Shown in pieces: positions 39,379 to 54,476 of a DNA stretch of 64,000 bases. Origin of the DNA: Octopus vulgaris (Eukaryota); contig OX597839.1 of NCBI GenBank assembly GCA_951406725.2, forward strand, positions 10,788,001 through 10,852,000, read 5' to 3'. The position numbers and the translations under genes were made by a program. The notes below the pieces were generated by a model, which saw only the letters and a list, made by a program, of their open reading frames with translations, had not been told where the DNA came from and did not search any database. Every line of letters begins with the position of its first letter. Positions within the stretch are counted from its first letter, which is position 1.

Positions 39379-40293
39379 TTTAGGTTGACGAGGGAAGGAT
39401 GACCTCCCTTTGCAAATACCGTTAGGGCACAGAAAGTGTGCCTATGGCCAGCTGGAGGAGATGTTCTCCTGGGGCTACAAGCTACAGTAACACCGACCCT
39501 TAGTGGTTAGCCATATTGAGATGGCAAATATACCTCACAAATAATAACATAATTAATAATTATAATTTCTTTAATAATGATAATAGTAATTATTATTGTT
39601 ATTATTATTTGCTGTTTTTGTTGTATTTCATCCTATAATATTATTTTCAATGTCTAGGGACCTTGTGATCAATAGATGAAATTATCATAACTACAGTCAT
39701 TATTATTATTGTTGTTGTTGTTGTTGTTGTTATCACTATCATCATCATCAACAACATTCTCCTTTTTCTTCTTCTTCTTCTTCTTTAATATTATTATGGT
39801 GATGATAGGGAAAATTATTCAATCGGTCAAAATATTTATTTCCCATTCTTATTCGCATTCTATCAAACCAGTCACTCGTCATATTTATGAACGAATATAT
39901 TAATAAATTAATATACGAATAAATGAATAAATTAATACATTAATTAATTAATGTTAGATACATACGTAAGTTCGGTCATTGCCTCCTCACAGACGTCAGG
40001 CGATTCCCCAAATCCCTCTAAATACGCATACTTGCATACATGTATACATATATTCATACAAACATATATACAGGCATAACAGCGTGTGCATGCACACATA
40101 CACATACACGCAGACACACACACATAAACATGCATACATACATAAATATGGCAAAGATACAAGCATGCATTTATAATGAACATGCATACATGCATAACAT
40201 ATGTATACATACATGCATCCATATAAGCATATACACCTAACATTTTTTTTTTTTTTCTCTGTCTTCCCTTCTCGGGATCTTTCCTTCTCCTTT

Positions 40294-40329
40294 GTTTCCG
40301 ACGAAGAGCTCCGCTCGAAACGTTAAAAC
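40294..40329 (+). ncRNA. Minimal hammerhead-like motif (HH-D2)
   Basis: gttt-CCGACGA-a-gagc-tcc-gctc-GAAAC-GTT-aaaac. The paralogue on the minus strand at 62061-62087 has a canonical CTGATGA core but is truncated. Confidence 0.65.
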
Positions 40330-40499
40330 CTCCTTCTTCCCGTCTTTCCTGAGCGTCCAATAATATTTTATTTGTTCCACGTCCTCGCGTTGCTGTGTTT
40401 TTTTGTGTTTTCTTGTTTGGATTAACTATATATATATATATACATATATATACACACATGCATATAAATAATACAAAATAAATGTGCCCTTTTTTAAAG

Positions 40500-40725
40500 C
40501 CTAGCCAGACTCATGCCCGGTTTCCCAGTTTCTATGATGTATGTGTTCCCCAGCTGGACGGGACGCCAGTCCTTCGCAGCGTTACTCATTTTTGCCAGCT
40601 GAGTGGACTGGAGCAACGTGAAAATGAAGTGTTTTGCTCAAGAACACTACGCGTCGCCCGGTCTAGGAATCAAAACCACAATCTTATGATCATGATGCTG
40701 ACACCCTAACCACTAAGCCATGCAC
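40500..40725 (-). mobile_element. SINE-C-related tRNA-derived SINE (related copies at 43565-43865, 59297-59422, 61632-61712, 62205-62430)
   Basis: A-box tggcttagtggttag, B-box-like gtttcgattcc, and 3' domain ctgcga.ggactggcgtcc.gtccag. Confidence 0.8.
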
Positions 40726-42496
40726 CTCACATACATGTATATATATATATATATATACACACACATATATGCATATATACATAATGAATAAATATGCCTA
40801 CATATTACACATATAAAATACGCGAATACATACACATGCATACATATACATATATGCACGCATGTTTGCATACGTGCATATGCATAACATATATACATAA
40901 TATACATGTATACATACATAACATGCATATACACAGACATAATACGCATGCATTCATACTAACTGACATACAGCACAATACAAACAAAGATATAGAGACA
41001 AAGATATATAGATATACACGCATAACTTACATACATTCGCATACACATACATACTTTCATACATACATACATAAATACATAGACACATACATACATACAT
41101 ACATACATACATACATAACATAATACATTCATATATACATACATAACATGCATATACACAGACATAATACGCATGCATACCTAAGAAACTTGCATAAATA
41201 CATACATACATACACACACGCACGCATATCATGTCTGCATACAAACATACAAGTATTCTTACATACAGGTATACATGCAGATATATACATTCATACATAC
41301 AAATATGCATACATACTAACAGACATACAGCAGAATACAGACATATATATAGAGACAAAGATATATAGACATACACGCATAACTTACATACATTCGCATA
41401 CACATACATACATACTTTCATGCATACATACATACATACATATTTTCATACATACACATACATACATACATACATAACATAATACATTCATATATACATA
41501 CATGCATACATACATACATACATGCATACATACATACATGCATACATACATACACACATGCATACATAACATACATACATTCATCATACATATATACGCA
41601 TGTACGTATATACGTCCTTCAAAAGATATAAAATCTCAACCTAACAACAAGCTCATCGTTCACAACACCTTTGCACTTCCAGTCTTGACACCAGTATTTG
41701 ACCTTTACATTTGGTCAGTAAAAGAACTTATCAAGGTGGATGTAGGAACTCAGAAACTGTTCAGTTGGTAGTAGTAGTAGTAGTAGCAGTAGTAGCAGTA
41801 GTAGTAGCAGTAGAAGTAGTAATATTGACATGAATGGCCATGTAGACAGAATTCATTTCCTGTACAAGTAAAGCAGTCCATGGCCTTAAATCCGTACTAA
41901 CAACATACGAGAACTGATTTGTAACAGTGAATCAACGTCTTCGACAGAGAAAAGAGAACTTTACAAACGAAGATGAAAACATCATGCGGAGAGCTAATGA
42001 ATGTGTTTGAAATATAAACTAGCATTGATCTCGCTTCAAGGAACGTTTGAAAATCCTGTTTAACAAAACAATGAAAACGAAAACGAAAAAGAAAAAACAA
42101 AAACAAACCAATTCACTTAAAAGGTTGTATATAAGCAACAGGAAAGAAAACACAGGGTACAGAAACAACCAAAAATAAAAAAGACAAAGCATTCCCTCTA
42201 GATTTACCATTATCGATAAACGTTTCAACTGCAAATGCATGCTGTTCACCAGTTCAAACGATGGTGGTGGCTGACAAAGAGAAAGAAAAAGCGTGGCTGC
42301 ATGGTAAGAAGTTTGCTTCTTAACCACAAGGTCCTGGGTTCAGGTCCACTGCTTGGCGATTTGGGCAAGCGTATGCTACTGTAGCTGCGGGCCGACCAAA
42401 TCTATGTGAGAGGATTTAGAAGACGGAAACTGAAAGAAGCCCGTAGTAGATAGACTGATAGGTAGGTAGATAGATAGATAGATAGATATATGGATG

Positions 42497-42566
<70 letters not shown>

Positions 42567-42644
42567 GGATAGATAGACAAATAGATAGATAGATAGTTAT
42601 GTTCACACACACATATATATATAACACTATGAGTGTGTCTTGGT

Positions 42645-42813
42645 AGGAGTGGCTGTGTAGTAAGTAGCTTGCTTACCAACCACATGGTTCCGGGTTCAGT
42701 CCCTCTGCGTGGCACCTTGGGCGAGTGTCTTCTACTACAGCCTCGGGCCGACCAAAGCCTGGTGAGTGGATTTGGTAGCCGAAAACTGAAAGAAGCCAGT
42801 CGTATATGTGTGC

Positions 42814-42851
<38 letters not shown>

Positions 42852-43070
42852 GTGTGTGCGTGCGTGTGTGCATGTATGTTTGTGTGTCTGTGTTTGTCCC
42901 CACCAACATTGCTTGACAACCGATGCTGGTGTGTTTACGTCACCGTAACTTAGCGGTTCGGCATAAGACACCGATAGAACAAGTACTAGGCTTACAATTT
43001 CCTTGACTGAAGGCGGTGCTCCAGCATGGCCACAGTCAAATGACTGAAACAAGTAAAAGAGTAAAAGAGT
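42645..43070 (+). mobile_element. Full-length SINE-B (a partial copy also at 42290-42450)
   Basis: Family consensus with internal (TG)n. Confidence 0.9.
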
Positions 43071-44559
43071 CTATCTGGGGCATAGTGTGGTAACTAGGAC
43101 AGTCTGGAATGGAGTAAGACCACGGAGTAATTATATAAATATTATCTATTACAATAGAATATATACCATTTTGTGCCGTTGAAACAGCTGTTGAGTACAT
43201 TTAATTTCTGAACAATATATTAAATTTATATTTTTCTGCTTCTAATTGTAAATATGTTGCTCTCAGCAATCGTTCGAGTCGATTCAGTATATATATATGT
43301 AAATTTGTTCCACCAGGATTTACCGCATTGTAATAACGTTTCGGGGTTTAAAGATGTTATTACTTCAGCTTTCAATTACCGTCGATGTATTTTTGATATT
43401 TTTGTACTTCAATTCCATATATAGAGATAGATATCTACTCACACACACATAAGTACATACGTTGTGCCAAACACATACATTCACTCACATAAGTAAAACA
43501 TTTCTTTTCGTTTGTTTTTCTTCATAAGCGCACATAGATATCCACATATCTATGTATGTGGATGTGGGGGCACATGGGCCTAGTGGTTAGAGCAGCGAAC
43601 TCGCGGTCGAGGGATCGCAGGTTCGAATCTTAGACCGGGCGATGTGTGTGTTTATGAGTGAAACACCTAAGCTCCATGCGGCTCCAGCAGAATGTAATGG
43701 CGAAACTTCTGCTGACTCTTTCGCCACAACTTTCTCTCACTCTTTCCTCCTGCATCTTGCAGCTCACCTGCGACGGACTGACGTCCTATCCAGGTGGGGA
43801 ACTTATACGCCAAGGAAACCGGGAAACCGGCCCTATGAGCTATGCGTGGCTTGAGAAGGAACAAACGAAGAAGAAAAAGAAGAATGTATGTGGATATGAC
43901 TGTGCTTGGTTCTGTATGTGTGTTGCAGAGGGAGTCTCTGTTCGGTTGGTTGACATTCTAAAGATAATCATGACTCCTACAATTCTTGCCCCCCTATATT
44001 AGTGTTGCAGAGAGATCCTCTGTAGAGTTGGTCAACATGCTAAAAACTACAGCCATATCTTCTTGAAACCACGCTATTTTCAACGGCTATACATGAAGCC
44101 GTTGCGCGATTGGTCGACATGCCAGAAACAACAGCTGTATCTCCTTTAGATCACACATCTCAGCATCTTAGTAAAACGGCACTTTGGATAATGTGGCTCT
44201 TGGTTCTCTGTACATAGGAAAAAAATACAGGATGGGCACGGTTGGAATGCCCTTGATTATTTGGTCTGGTCGATTAGTACTGACCCAAGGACAACAACAA
44301 CAAAGATAGCAACCGGTTCTTATGTTCTGCACACTGATGTGTACGTAAACACAGAAATGCACCAATATTTCTGCATACAAGCGCACGAATACAATTGTAT
44401 ACACACATGCACAAAAGTGCACACAGAAACTCAGCATTGCAAGTAGTCTGTAAAAGTGCAGCAGCCTCCAAGGCTGCAACAGAAATGCAATTTGTTGTTT
44501 GGGAAATGCAGATGCAGCTAATCTCTGGCAAACGGGAGGATTTTTGCACTGCAGATAAA

Positions 44560-45082
44560 AATAGTAACAACAATGGCGACAGTTGCAACAGCGGCATCTG
44601 CAGCAGTGATAGCAACTATATGCAAATCAACAAGGAATATTACCACCAGCAGCAGCAGTAGGGGCCGGTGTAGCAGCAGGGGTTGCAGTAAAAGGTCAAC
44701 AACAAAACTAAGCGCTATAATGATAACTGCATTATTAAGAGTTGCAGTAAAGGACAACACGATTAAGAAGGGCAGCGGCAGCAGGGACAACAGTAGCAGC
44801 AACAGCAGCAGCGATAGCAACAAGAGGAGCAATAGAAATGACAACAACAACAACAACAAAAACAGGAACAAGAACAAGGAGGGCAGCAGTAACAATAACA
44901 ACAACAAAAAGAACAAAAAGTAACAGCAGTGAGAACAACAATAACAACTACTACTGTTACAAGAGAGAGGGGGGAGAGGGAGAGAGAGTGAGGGAGAGAG
45001 AGAGAGACTATAAACACAACTACAACAAGAATAATAGTTTCGATAAGAATAACAGCTACTACTACTACTACTACTACTACTG

Positions 45083-45114
<32 letters not shown>

Positions 45115-45115
45115 G

Positions 45116-45208
<93 letters not shown>

Positions 45209-45225
45209 ATAATAATAATAATAAT
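44560..45225. repeat. Degenerate (CAA/CAG)n and (TAC)n microsatellites
   Basis: Directly visible. Confidence 0.9.
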
Positions 45226-45234
45226 CTTTTCTTT

Positions 45235-45509
45235 TAAAGGCACAAGGTCTGAAATTTGGTGGAAGGGGACTAGTCGATTACATTGACCCCCAGTGTTTCA
45301 CAGGTACTTAATTCCTCGACCCCCGAAAGGATGAAAGGCAAAATCGGCCATGCTGGAGCACCACCTTTAGTTGAGCAAATCGACCCCAGGACTTATTCTT
45401 TGGAAGCCCAGTACTTATTCTATCGGTGTCTTTTTGCCGAACCGCTAAGTTACAGGGACGTAAACACACCAGCATCGGTTGTCAAGCGATGTTGGAGGGA
45501 CAAACACAT

Positions 45510-45540
<31 letters not shown>

Positions 45541-45665
45541 TATATACATATATACAACAGGCTTCTTTCAGTTTCCTTCTTTCACCTTTCCAAGGTGCCA
45601 TGCAGTGGGACTGAACCCGGAACTATGTGGTTGGTAAGCAAGCTACTAACCACACAGCCACTCCT
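45235..45665 (-). mobile_element. SINE-A2 fragment joined to a deleted SINE-B
   Basis: Similarity to both families. Confidence 0.75.
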
Positions 45666-46208
45666 GTAATAATAATAATAATAAGAAGAAGAAGAATACA
45701 ACCACTATTACTATTACTACAGCTACCACTACTACGTCAACTACTACTACAGGAGTAGTAGAAAAAAACAACAGCAGCAAAGACTGCACAAGTAGCAACA
45801 ACAAGAAGAAGAACAAAGGCAACAGCAGCAGAAGTAGGAGCAGCAGCAACAACAACAGCAACACTAGAAACAGCAGCAATATCTGCAGCAACAAAGAAAA
45901 AGCCGAAGGACAACAGTTAAAGCAGAAATGACAAAAACAACAACAGCGGCATCAAAAACTGCAATTGTATCTGCAGCTGCACCTACAACAACAGCAACAA
46001 TAACGACAGGTGTGCAGCTATGTCAATATATTGACAAGAGATATAACATCCTATGGTGCATTTCGCATAACAGCAGCTCGCTGCTGGGAGATGTGTGCAC
46101 AAAATATATAGAGTTACAAAATGGCTGCCTGCATTAGAGTGTCTGTGTATATGTATTTGTACATGCACATATATATATACATTATATACATACATGTGTA
46201 TATATATG

Positions 46209-46255
<47 letters not shown>

Positions 46256-46304
46256 GTATATATATATATATGTATGTATATATATGTATATATATATGTA
46301 TATG

Positions 46305-46344
<40 letters not shown>

Positions 46345-46639
46345 TATACATATATGCACACACACATGTAGATATGTCTTTAAATGTATATGTATGTAGA
46401 TGTGTAGGTATTTAGTATATGTATGTATATGTGTGTGTGTATGCATTTAATATAGATGGAGAGGAAGATGTGCGTATACATGTGTGTGTGGATGTGCCTG
46501 TGTCCTTAATTAAACACATCAACACTCAGTGGCCTAACCATGTTCCTATGAACATGTAGCTCTAAGGCTTATACAATCTATGTATCCATTTGTTTCTTTA
46601 TCTATCTGTCTGTGTGTCTGTCCGTCCGTCCGCTTGTCT

Positions 46640-47935
46640 AGAACTTTTGGTGCTCTCACAGCCTTATTTAGCCCTCACAATTTGGTTTTATCCCCAACTC
46701 CAGCTGCTGTAGTTGAGTTTCTTGAGGACATAACCTGAGTTATTGATGGCAGCTCATGGGTGGATACTGTCTACCCTGATTTTGCTAAAGCCTTCAACTA
46801 TGTACCACACAAACGACTCATGGTAAAAATCCCTGCAGTGAGTGTGAAGGATGATCTCTATAACTGGCTGAAGTCCTTCATTCTCGGCCAGAAAGATGTA
46901 GTTTCAGTTCTAGGACATCGTTCTACACCCTACATGATTACTTCTGGTGTACCACAGGGATCTGTTCTTGGACACTTACTGTTGGTTGCATATATTAATG
47001 ATATAGATGCCAATTTGAGGAATGTTTCAGTGCTGAAATATGCAGATGACACCGAGCTGTACCTTGAAATAAAAAGAACAGATCCTATCCTGCAATCAGA
47101 CCTGGATACAATGCAACAGTGGACCTCTGACTGGCAACTCAAGCTAGCTGCAGACAATTGTGTCACCATGCATTTTGGGAGGAAAAATCCAGCCTTTACA
47201 TACTCCCTCAGCAACACCAATCTCAAGAAGTCTTCTAGTGGACAAGATCTGGATATTATTATAAACAGCATTCTGCATTGGACAAACCACTTATCTAAGA
47301 TTGTCAAAAAGGCTGAGGGGGTGCTAGCATCACTCAGTAAGACCTTTGTCAGCCACTCTCCAGCTATCTATTTAAAATTGTATACGACAATGGTATGTCC
47401 ACACTTGGAATTTGCATCACTAGTCTGGGACCCCTCTCTTGCTCAGCATATAAATCTCCTGGAAACTGTTCAGAAATGTGCAACAAAGCGAATACCAGCC
47501 GCCAGACATCTACCATACTCTGAATGTCTTGCATTCCTGGGCATGGATACATTGAAGCCCAGACGTCTGGCAACTGACTTGATTGACACCCACAAGATTA
47601 TCCACCATAATTCCAACAACAACCTTGGGTACCTTTTTGAATTCCATATGACAAATACTCACGGACATGCTTATAAAAATAAAAAAACATTTTCATTTGC
47701 TGAGTCAAGAAAGTTAGAGCTCTTGAAAGAGATGTCCGCCCAAAACATCTGGCAACTGACTTGATTGACATCCACAAGATTATCCACCATATTTCCAACA
47801 ACAACCTTGGGTACCTTTTTGAATTCCATTTAACAAATACTCATGGACATGCTTTATAAAATCAAAAAACATTTTCATTTGCTGAGTCAAGAAAGTTAAA
47901 GCTCTTGAAAGAGATGTCTGCCAAAAAATCTGACG
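46640..47935 (+). pseudogene. CR1-clade LINE reverse transcriptase (5'-truncated, decayed) with a ~182-bp 3' tandem duplication
   Basis: ORF 46760-47764: DFAKAFNYVPH, SGVPQGSVLG, KYADDT, LYTTMVCPHLEFA..LETVQKCATK. tctggcaactgacttgattgaca recurs at ~47566 and ~47748. Confidence 0.92.
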
Positions 47936-47991
47936 CAACCTGTATATATATATATATATATGTATATACACACATACATACATACATACAT

Positions 47992-48025
<34 letters not shown>

Positions 48026-48211
48026 TGATTGACACACACACACGTACATATACATATATGTGTTTGTGAGTGTGTATGTATGTATGTATGTATATGTGTG
48101 TATATATATATATAGATAGATAGATAGATATGTAGATATATATATATATACATAAGTATATATTAGAGCCCCAACCCGACCAAAGGGAGTGTATTTAGCA
48201 GAACCCTGGTA

Positions 48212-48248
<37 letters not shown>

Positions 48249-48512
48249 ACGCATATTTGTGTTTGCCACCCACCACCGACTGACAACCGTTGTTGGTTTG
48301 TTTGCATGCCCATAACTTAGCATTTCGGTAAAAGAGCCCAATAGAATAAGTACAAGACTGTAAAAAAAAAAAAAACAATATTGGAGCTTATCTCTTTCAT
48401 TAACGCTTCAAGGCAGTATCCCAGCATGGCCACGGTCCAATGACTGAGTAAAGTAAAAGATTACACACACATATATTCATATCTTGTTTCTCTCCTTGTT
48501 TTTTTCTGTGTA

Positions 48513-48550
48513 TCTTTCTGTCGAAGAGCGTAGGCTCGAAACGTAAAAGA
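48513..48550 (+). ncRNA. Second HH-D variant hammerhead motif
   Basis: tcttt-CTGTCGA-a-gagc-gtag-gctc-GAAAC-GTA-aaaga. Confidence 0.6.
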
Positions 48551-48644
48551 CTTTTTCTATTTCTATTCCTGAGCGCTATACTAATACATTTGTTTGTTTG
48601 TACTCCACCTGCCATATATATATACGCACACACACATACATATA

Positions 48645-48678
<34 letters not shown>

Positions 48679-49099
48679 GATATATACACACACAGTGAGA
48701 GAGAGAGAGGTACAATTAAAACATCACCTTGTTTGACATCTAACTCCTTTTTACAGTTGTAGTGATAAAATTGCATAACTGACGGGGTGGTCATGGATAG
48801 TATGCAGTTTATCATGACAGTGCTCAGTCCGGACTGACCGAGGGTTAAACAATAATAACTGTACCAGCAAAGAAGCCACTACGTAATCGCTCAACTGTGA
48901 AAAAATAGCAGCTAATTACCTCTGAAATTTCCATCTTATTGTCTTAAATAAGTGAAGCTTACTTTTGATATAGACCAATCTATTATAACATGAGATGGTC
49001 ACGACTGGAATGTGCTTGATCATAGGTCTGTTGGATCACTGTTGGCCTGGGGCTAAACAACATTATCTACTATGCTATGTTCTGCTGTGCACTACCACA

Positions 49100-50275
49100 C
49101 TTCACAACAGCATGCACCACTTCCATACATACGCTGCAATACATATATTACCATACATGCACTACCTAAGATATACTATCACTCAAACCACAACCATACC
49201 TCTACAACCACATACACTCTATCATACATATACTAACAAAAATAATACCGTACATAAGCTACCATACATATACTACTGAAGATATACTACCACTCACACC
49301 ACAACCATACCTCTACAACCACATACACTCTACCATACATATGCTACCATATATTCACTAACAAAAATAATACCGTACATAAGCTACCATACATATACTA
49401 CTGAAGATATACTACCACTTATATCACAACCATACCTATACTACCACATACACTCTACCATACATATACTAACAAAAATAATACCCTACATAAGCTACCA
49501 TACATATACTACTGAAGATATACTACCACTTACATCACAACCATACCTATACTACCACATACACTCTACCATACATGTACTACCTTACATTCACTAACAT
49601 ACATAATGCCATACATACGCTGCCATACATATGCTACCATACACGCACTACCTAAGATATACTACCGCTCACACCACAACCATACCTATACTACCACATT
49701 CACTCTACCATACATGTACTACCATACATTCACTAACATACATAATACCATACATACGTTGCCATACATATGCTACCATAAACACACTGGCTAAGATATA
49801 CTACAACTCACACCACAACCATACCTATACTACCACATACACTCTGCCATACATGTACTACCATACATTCACTAACAAAAATAATAGCCTACATAAGCTA
49901 CCATACATATACTACTGAAGATATACTACCACTCACACCACAACCATACCTATACTACCACATAGACTCTACCATACATTCACTAACATACATAATACCA
50001 TACATACGTTGCCATACATATGCTACTATACACGCACTACTGAAGATATACTACCACTCACACCAGAACCATACTTATACTACCACATGCACTCTACCAT
50101 ACATACACTATCATACCTACAGTGTCACACATACATACCATACGCTACCGTACATATATTACCATACATACACTACCATGTACTACAGAACATATACTAC
50201 TACACACACCAATACCATACATATACTACCATATATAATACCATACATATACCACCACACACACACACCTATACT
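49100..50275 (+). repeat. Complex minisatellite of ctaccatacat-type subunits with ~111-125-bp higher-order blocks
   Basis: aagctaccatacatatactactgaagatatactaccact recurs at 49256, 49381, 49492 and ~49896. Confidence 0.85.
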
Positions 50276-50469
50276 GTACAACAATATATATATATATATT
50301 TATATATATATATATATATATAAATGCATGTATATATAAGATTCTAGCACCTATTTCATGCCACCACTTCAGATACCACCGCCCATACTGCACTAAACAC
50401 TTCAGTGTTACCAGACATTAAGAGACCAGTTGAAATGTCATTAAAATATTACAGTAATTAGCTTTGGTG

Positions 50470-50482
50470 GTTGCCTAGCAAC
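50470..50482. promoter_or_regulatory. RFX X-box motif GTTGCCTAGCAAC
   Basis: Matches the GTNRCC(N0-3)RGYAAC consensus in a short non-repetitive island. Function is unproven. Confidence 0.4.
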
Positions 50483-50738
50483 AGCCGCTAGCGCCAGGTC
50501 TTGTCCAAATTCACAGCAGCAGCAGCAGCAACACCAGCTGCTGTCACAACAATTGCAGCAACAGGTGCAGCAGCAGTTGTAGTAGTAGTAGTAGTAGTAA
50601 TAGTAGTAGTAGTAGTAGCAGTAGTATGATCTCACCAACAGTGGCCTATACACCGAACTCCCTAACATCACTACCTATCAATTTATCTATCTATCGATCT
50701 ATCAGTTTATTTATCTTTCCCCATCTATCTCCTTCTCT

Positions 50739-50845
<107 letters not shown>

Positions 50846-50939
50846 CCTCTCTCTCTCTCTATTTCTTTCTCTTTGTCCATCACGCTTCCTCCACGTTTAA
50901 CTGCCTACATACGTGTATATGCACATGTGTGTGTGTTTA

Positions 50940-51345
50940 CTCTTTTACTTGTTTCTGTCATTTGACTGCGGCCATGCTGGAGCACCGCCTTTAGTCTAGC
51001 AAATCGACCCCCCAGGACTTATTCTTTGTGAGCCTAGTACTTATTCTATCGGTCTCTTGTGCCGAACCGCTAAGTTACGGGGTCGCAAACACACCAGCAT
51101 CGGTTGTCAAGCGATGTTGGAGGGACAAACACAGACACACAACATATACACACACATACATATATACATCTACATATATACGACGGGCTTCTTTCAGTTT
51201 CCGTCTACCAAATTCACTCACCAGGCTTTGGTTAACGCAAGGCTATAGTAGAAGATACTTGCCCAAGGTGCCACGCAGTGGGACTGAACCCAGAACCATG
51301 TGGTTCATAAGCAAGCTACTTATCACACAGCCACTCCTACGCCTG
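50940..51345 (-). mobile_element. Full-length SINE-B (3' half also at 52000-52200, 5' half at 53325-53490)
   Basis: Family consensus. Confidence 0.9.
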
Positions 51346-51445
51346 TCTACATATCTGTATACGCTTGTATTTATGTGCATAAAAATATACACACATACGC
51401 ATATATAATATGCGTACACACATGCACCACATACATTCATGTACC

Positions 51446-51482
<37 letters not shown>

Positions 51483-52600
51483 ATGTATGTATGTATGTAT
51501 GTATGTATGTATGTGTGTATGTATGTATGTATGTATGTATGTATGTATGTATGTATGTATGTATGTATGTATGTGTGTGTGTGTGTATGTGTGTATGTAT
51601 GTGTGTATGTATGTATGTATGTATGTATGTATGTATGTATGTATGTATGTATGTATGTATGTATGTCTGTGTGTGTGTGTGTATGTGTGTATGTATGTGT
51701 GTATGTATGTATGTATTCATGGATGGATAAATACATACGTGCCTGTATGCATGTATGTATATATCAAAGCTTGTATATATGATTGTGTGTGTATGTATGC
51801 ATGTATGTATGTATATGTGTGTGTATGTCTGTATGTATGTATGCAGGTATAAACGTATGTAAAGTTGTCTGAACGTAAAAGGCATCCACACAAACACCTA
51901 CACACACGCAAATAGCTACACATGCATAATACAGGGGATTCAGTACAGTTTCCGGCTAAACATCCAACTATAAGTTATTGATCAATCTCGGAGAAGCAAT
52001 ACTTGTTTCAGTCATTTGACTGCGACTATGCTGGAGCACCGCCTTTAGTCGAGCAAATCAACCCCAGGACTGATTCTTTGTAAGCCTAGTACTTATTCTA
52101 TTGGTCTCTTTTGCCGAACCGCTAAGTTACGGGAATGTAAACACACCAGCATCGGTTGTCAAGCGGTGTTGGTGGAGACAAACACAGACACACAAACATA
52201 TACACACACATACATATATACATACATACATACATACATACATACATAAATACCTACCTACATACATATGTGTGTGTGTGCATATCTGCGTGTGTGTGTG
52301 TATATCTGCACACTTGAAGATACATGGCAATTGTTGGATCATATTGATGCAATAAGTTGTATGATTCGTAAAACACTCATCAATTACTGGCTGATACTAA
52401 ATGGATGGAAATGACTGTAGTGATTTGGATAAAAGCATGTTCATTCCTCCTTCTTGTAATAAGACTCTGTTCTATGAATTCTTCGGATATTAATGAGTTC
52501 CCACATGTATGACCAGTCTGATAGTATATGCTAGACGATAACCAAAGAGAATCTTTGGAAAGCATGTTATAAAGTTATTACCAAGATGATACTAAGTAGA

Positions 52601-53025
52601 TATTAAGGTGGCGAGCTGGCAGAAACATTAGCGCGCCGGGCGAAATGCATAGCCGTATTTCGTCTGCCGTTACATTCTGAGTTCAAATTCCGCCGAGGTC
52701 GACTTTGCCTTTCATTCTCTCGAGGTTGATTAAATAAGTACCAGTTATGCACTGGTGGTCGATATAATCGACTTAATCCATTTGTCTGTCCTTGTTTGTC
52801 CCCTCTGTGTTTAGCCCCTTGTGGGGAATAAAGAAATAGGTATTTCATCCGCCACTGCGTTCTGAGTTCAAATTCCGCCGAGGTCAACTTTGCCTTTTAT
52901 CCATTCGGGGTCGATTAAATAAGTACCAGTTATGCACTGGGGTTGTTATAATCGACTTAATCCATTTCTCTGTCCTTGTTTGTCCCTTCTCTGTTTAGCC
53001 CCTTGTGGGTGGTAAAGAAATAGAC
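52601..53025 (+). mobile_element. SINE-A dimer
   Basis: TSD actaagtaga at 52591-52600 and 53026-53035. Confidence 0.9.
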
Positions 53026-53489
53026 ACTAAGTAGACAAATAGAGAGAGAGAAGGGGGGCAGATAGATAGATAGATAGATAGATAGATAAATTTGATTTTG
53101 ATAACCTTGCTTTGGAATTGTATGGATAATAACCGTTCTAAATTCTGGTGCCTCAACTTAAGTACCATAGTCAACTGAATCTAAATTTTTGCTGAACTCA
53201 TCTACCATACCCAAATTATATAGATGTGTGTATATATATATGTTTCAAATGTATATAACACAAAAGACAAGAACAGGTGAAGGAACAACAAGCAGATATA
53301 ATAATTTAACGCTCATGAAGAACATGACGGGCTTCACTCAGTTTCCGTCGCCTCAATTCAATCACAACGCTTTGGTTGGCCCGAGGCTATAGTAGAAGAC
53401 ACTTGCCTAAAGTACCACATAGTGGAACTGAACACAGGACCATGTAGTTCGAAAGCAAATTTCTCACCACACAACCACACCCTGCTCCT

Positions 53490-53524
53490 ATATATATATG
53501 CGTATATATGTGTGTGTATATATA

Positions 53525-53570
<46 letters not shown>

Positions 53571-53653
53571 TATATATATATATGTACATATATATCTATA
53601 TACTCATACACACATATATATATATATATGTACATATATATATATACATATAT

Positions 53654-53684
<31 letters not shown>

Positions 53685-54313
53685 CATATGTATATGTATA
53701 TATGTGTATATATATATATATATACAAACATATGTATATGTATGTATATATATATATATATATATATATACATACATATGTATATGTATGTATATATATA
53801 CATATATATATACATACACACATAAACATGTAGATGGTGTGTGCGAGTGTTAGTGTGTGTGTGCGTGTGTATTGGTGTATATTTATGCTTCCTTCCGAAC
53901 ACCTATAAAAACAAGCGCAGAAGATGGCTAACTAGTTAAATAGATATGCGTATGTACACTTATATGTATGTGCATGTATATGTTATGCATGCATGTCTGT
54001 ACGTGTCTATGTATATATGTGTAAAAATATAGAATATACTTTGGTTTTGTTTATTTTCAATCTCTAATTGGTGTTTATATGAGTGTAATGTTTACACGGG
54101 GAAACAGGGTGGATGTATGTAATGTGTGTGCGTGTGCGTATATATATATATATATATATATACATATATGTATATGTATATGTATATGTATATATATATG
54201 TGTGTGTCTATATATATATATATATATACATATATTTATATATATATATATGTATCTCTATATATATGTATATATTTATATATATGTCTATAAATATGTA
54301 TGTATATATATAT

Positions 54314-54371
<58 letters not shown>

Positions 54372-54383
54372 TTTATATGTATA

Positions 54384-54476
<93 letters not shown>

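Noticed and set aside
46760-47764. Functional reverse transcriptase gene
   Set aside because: It is 5'-truncated with upstream stops and substitutions at conserved residues, so it is a dead CR1 copy.
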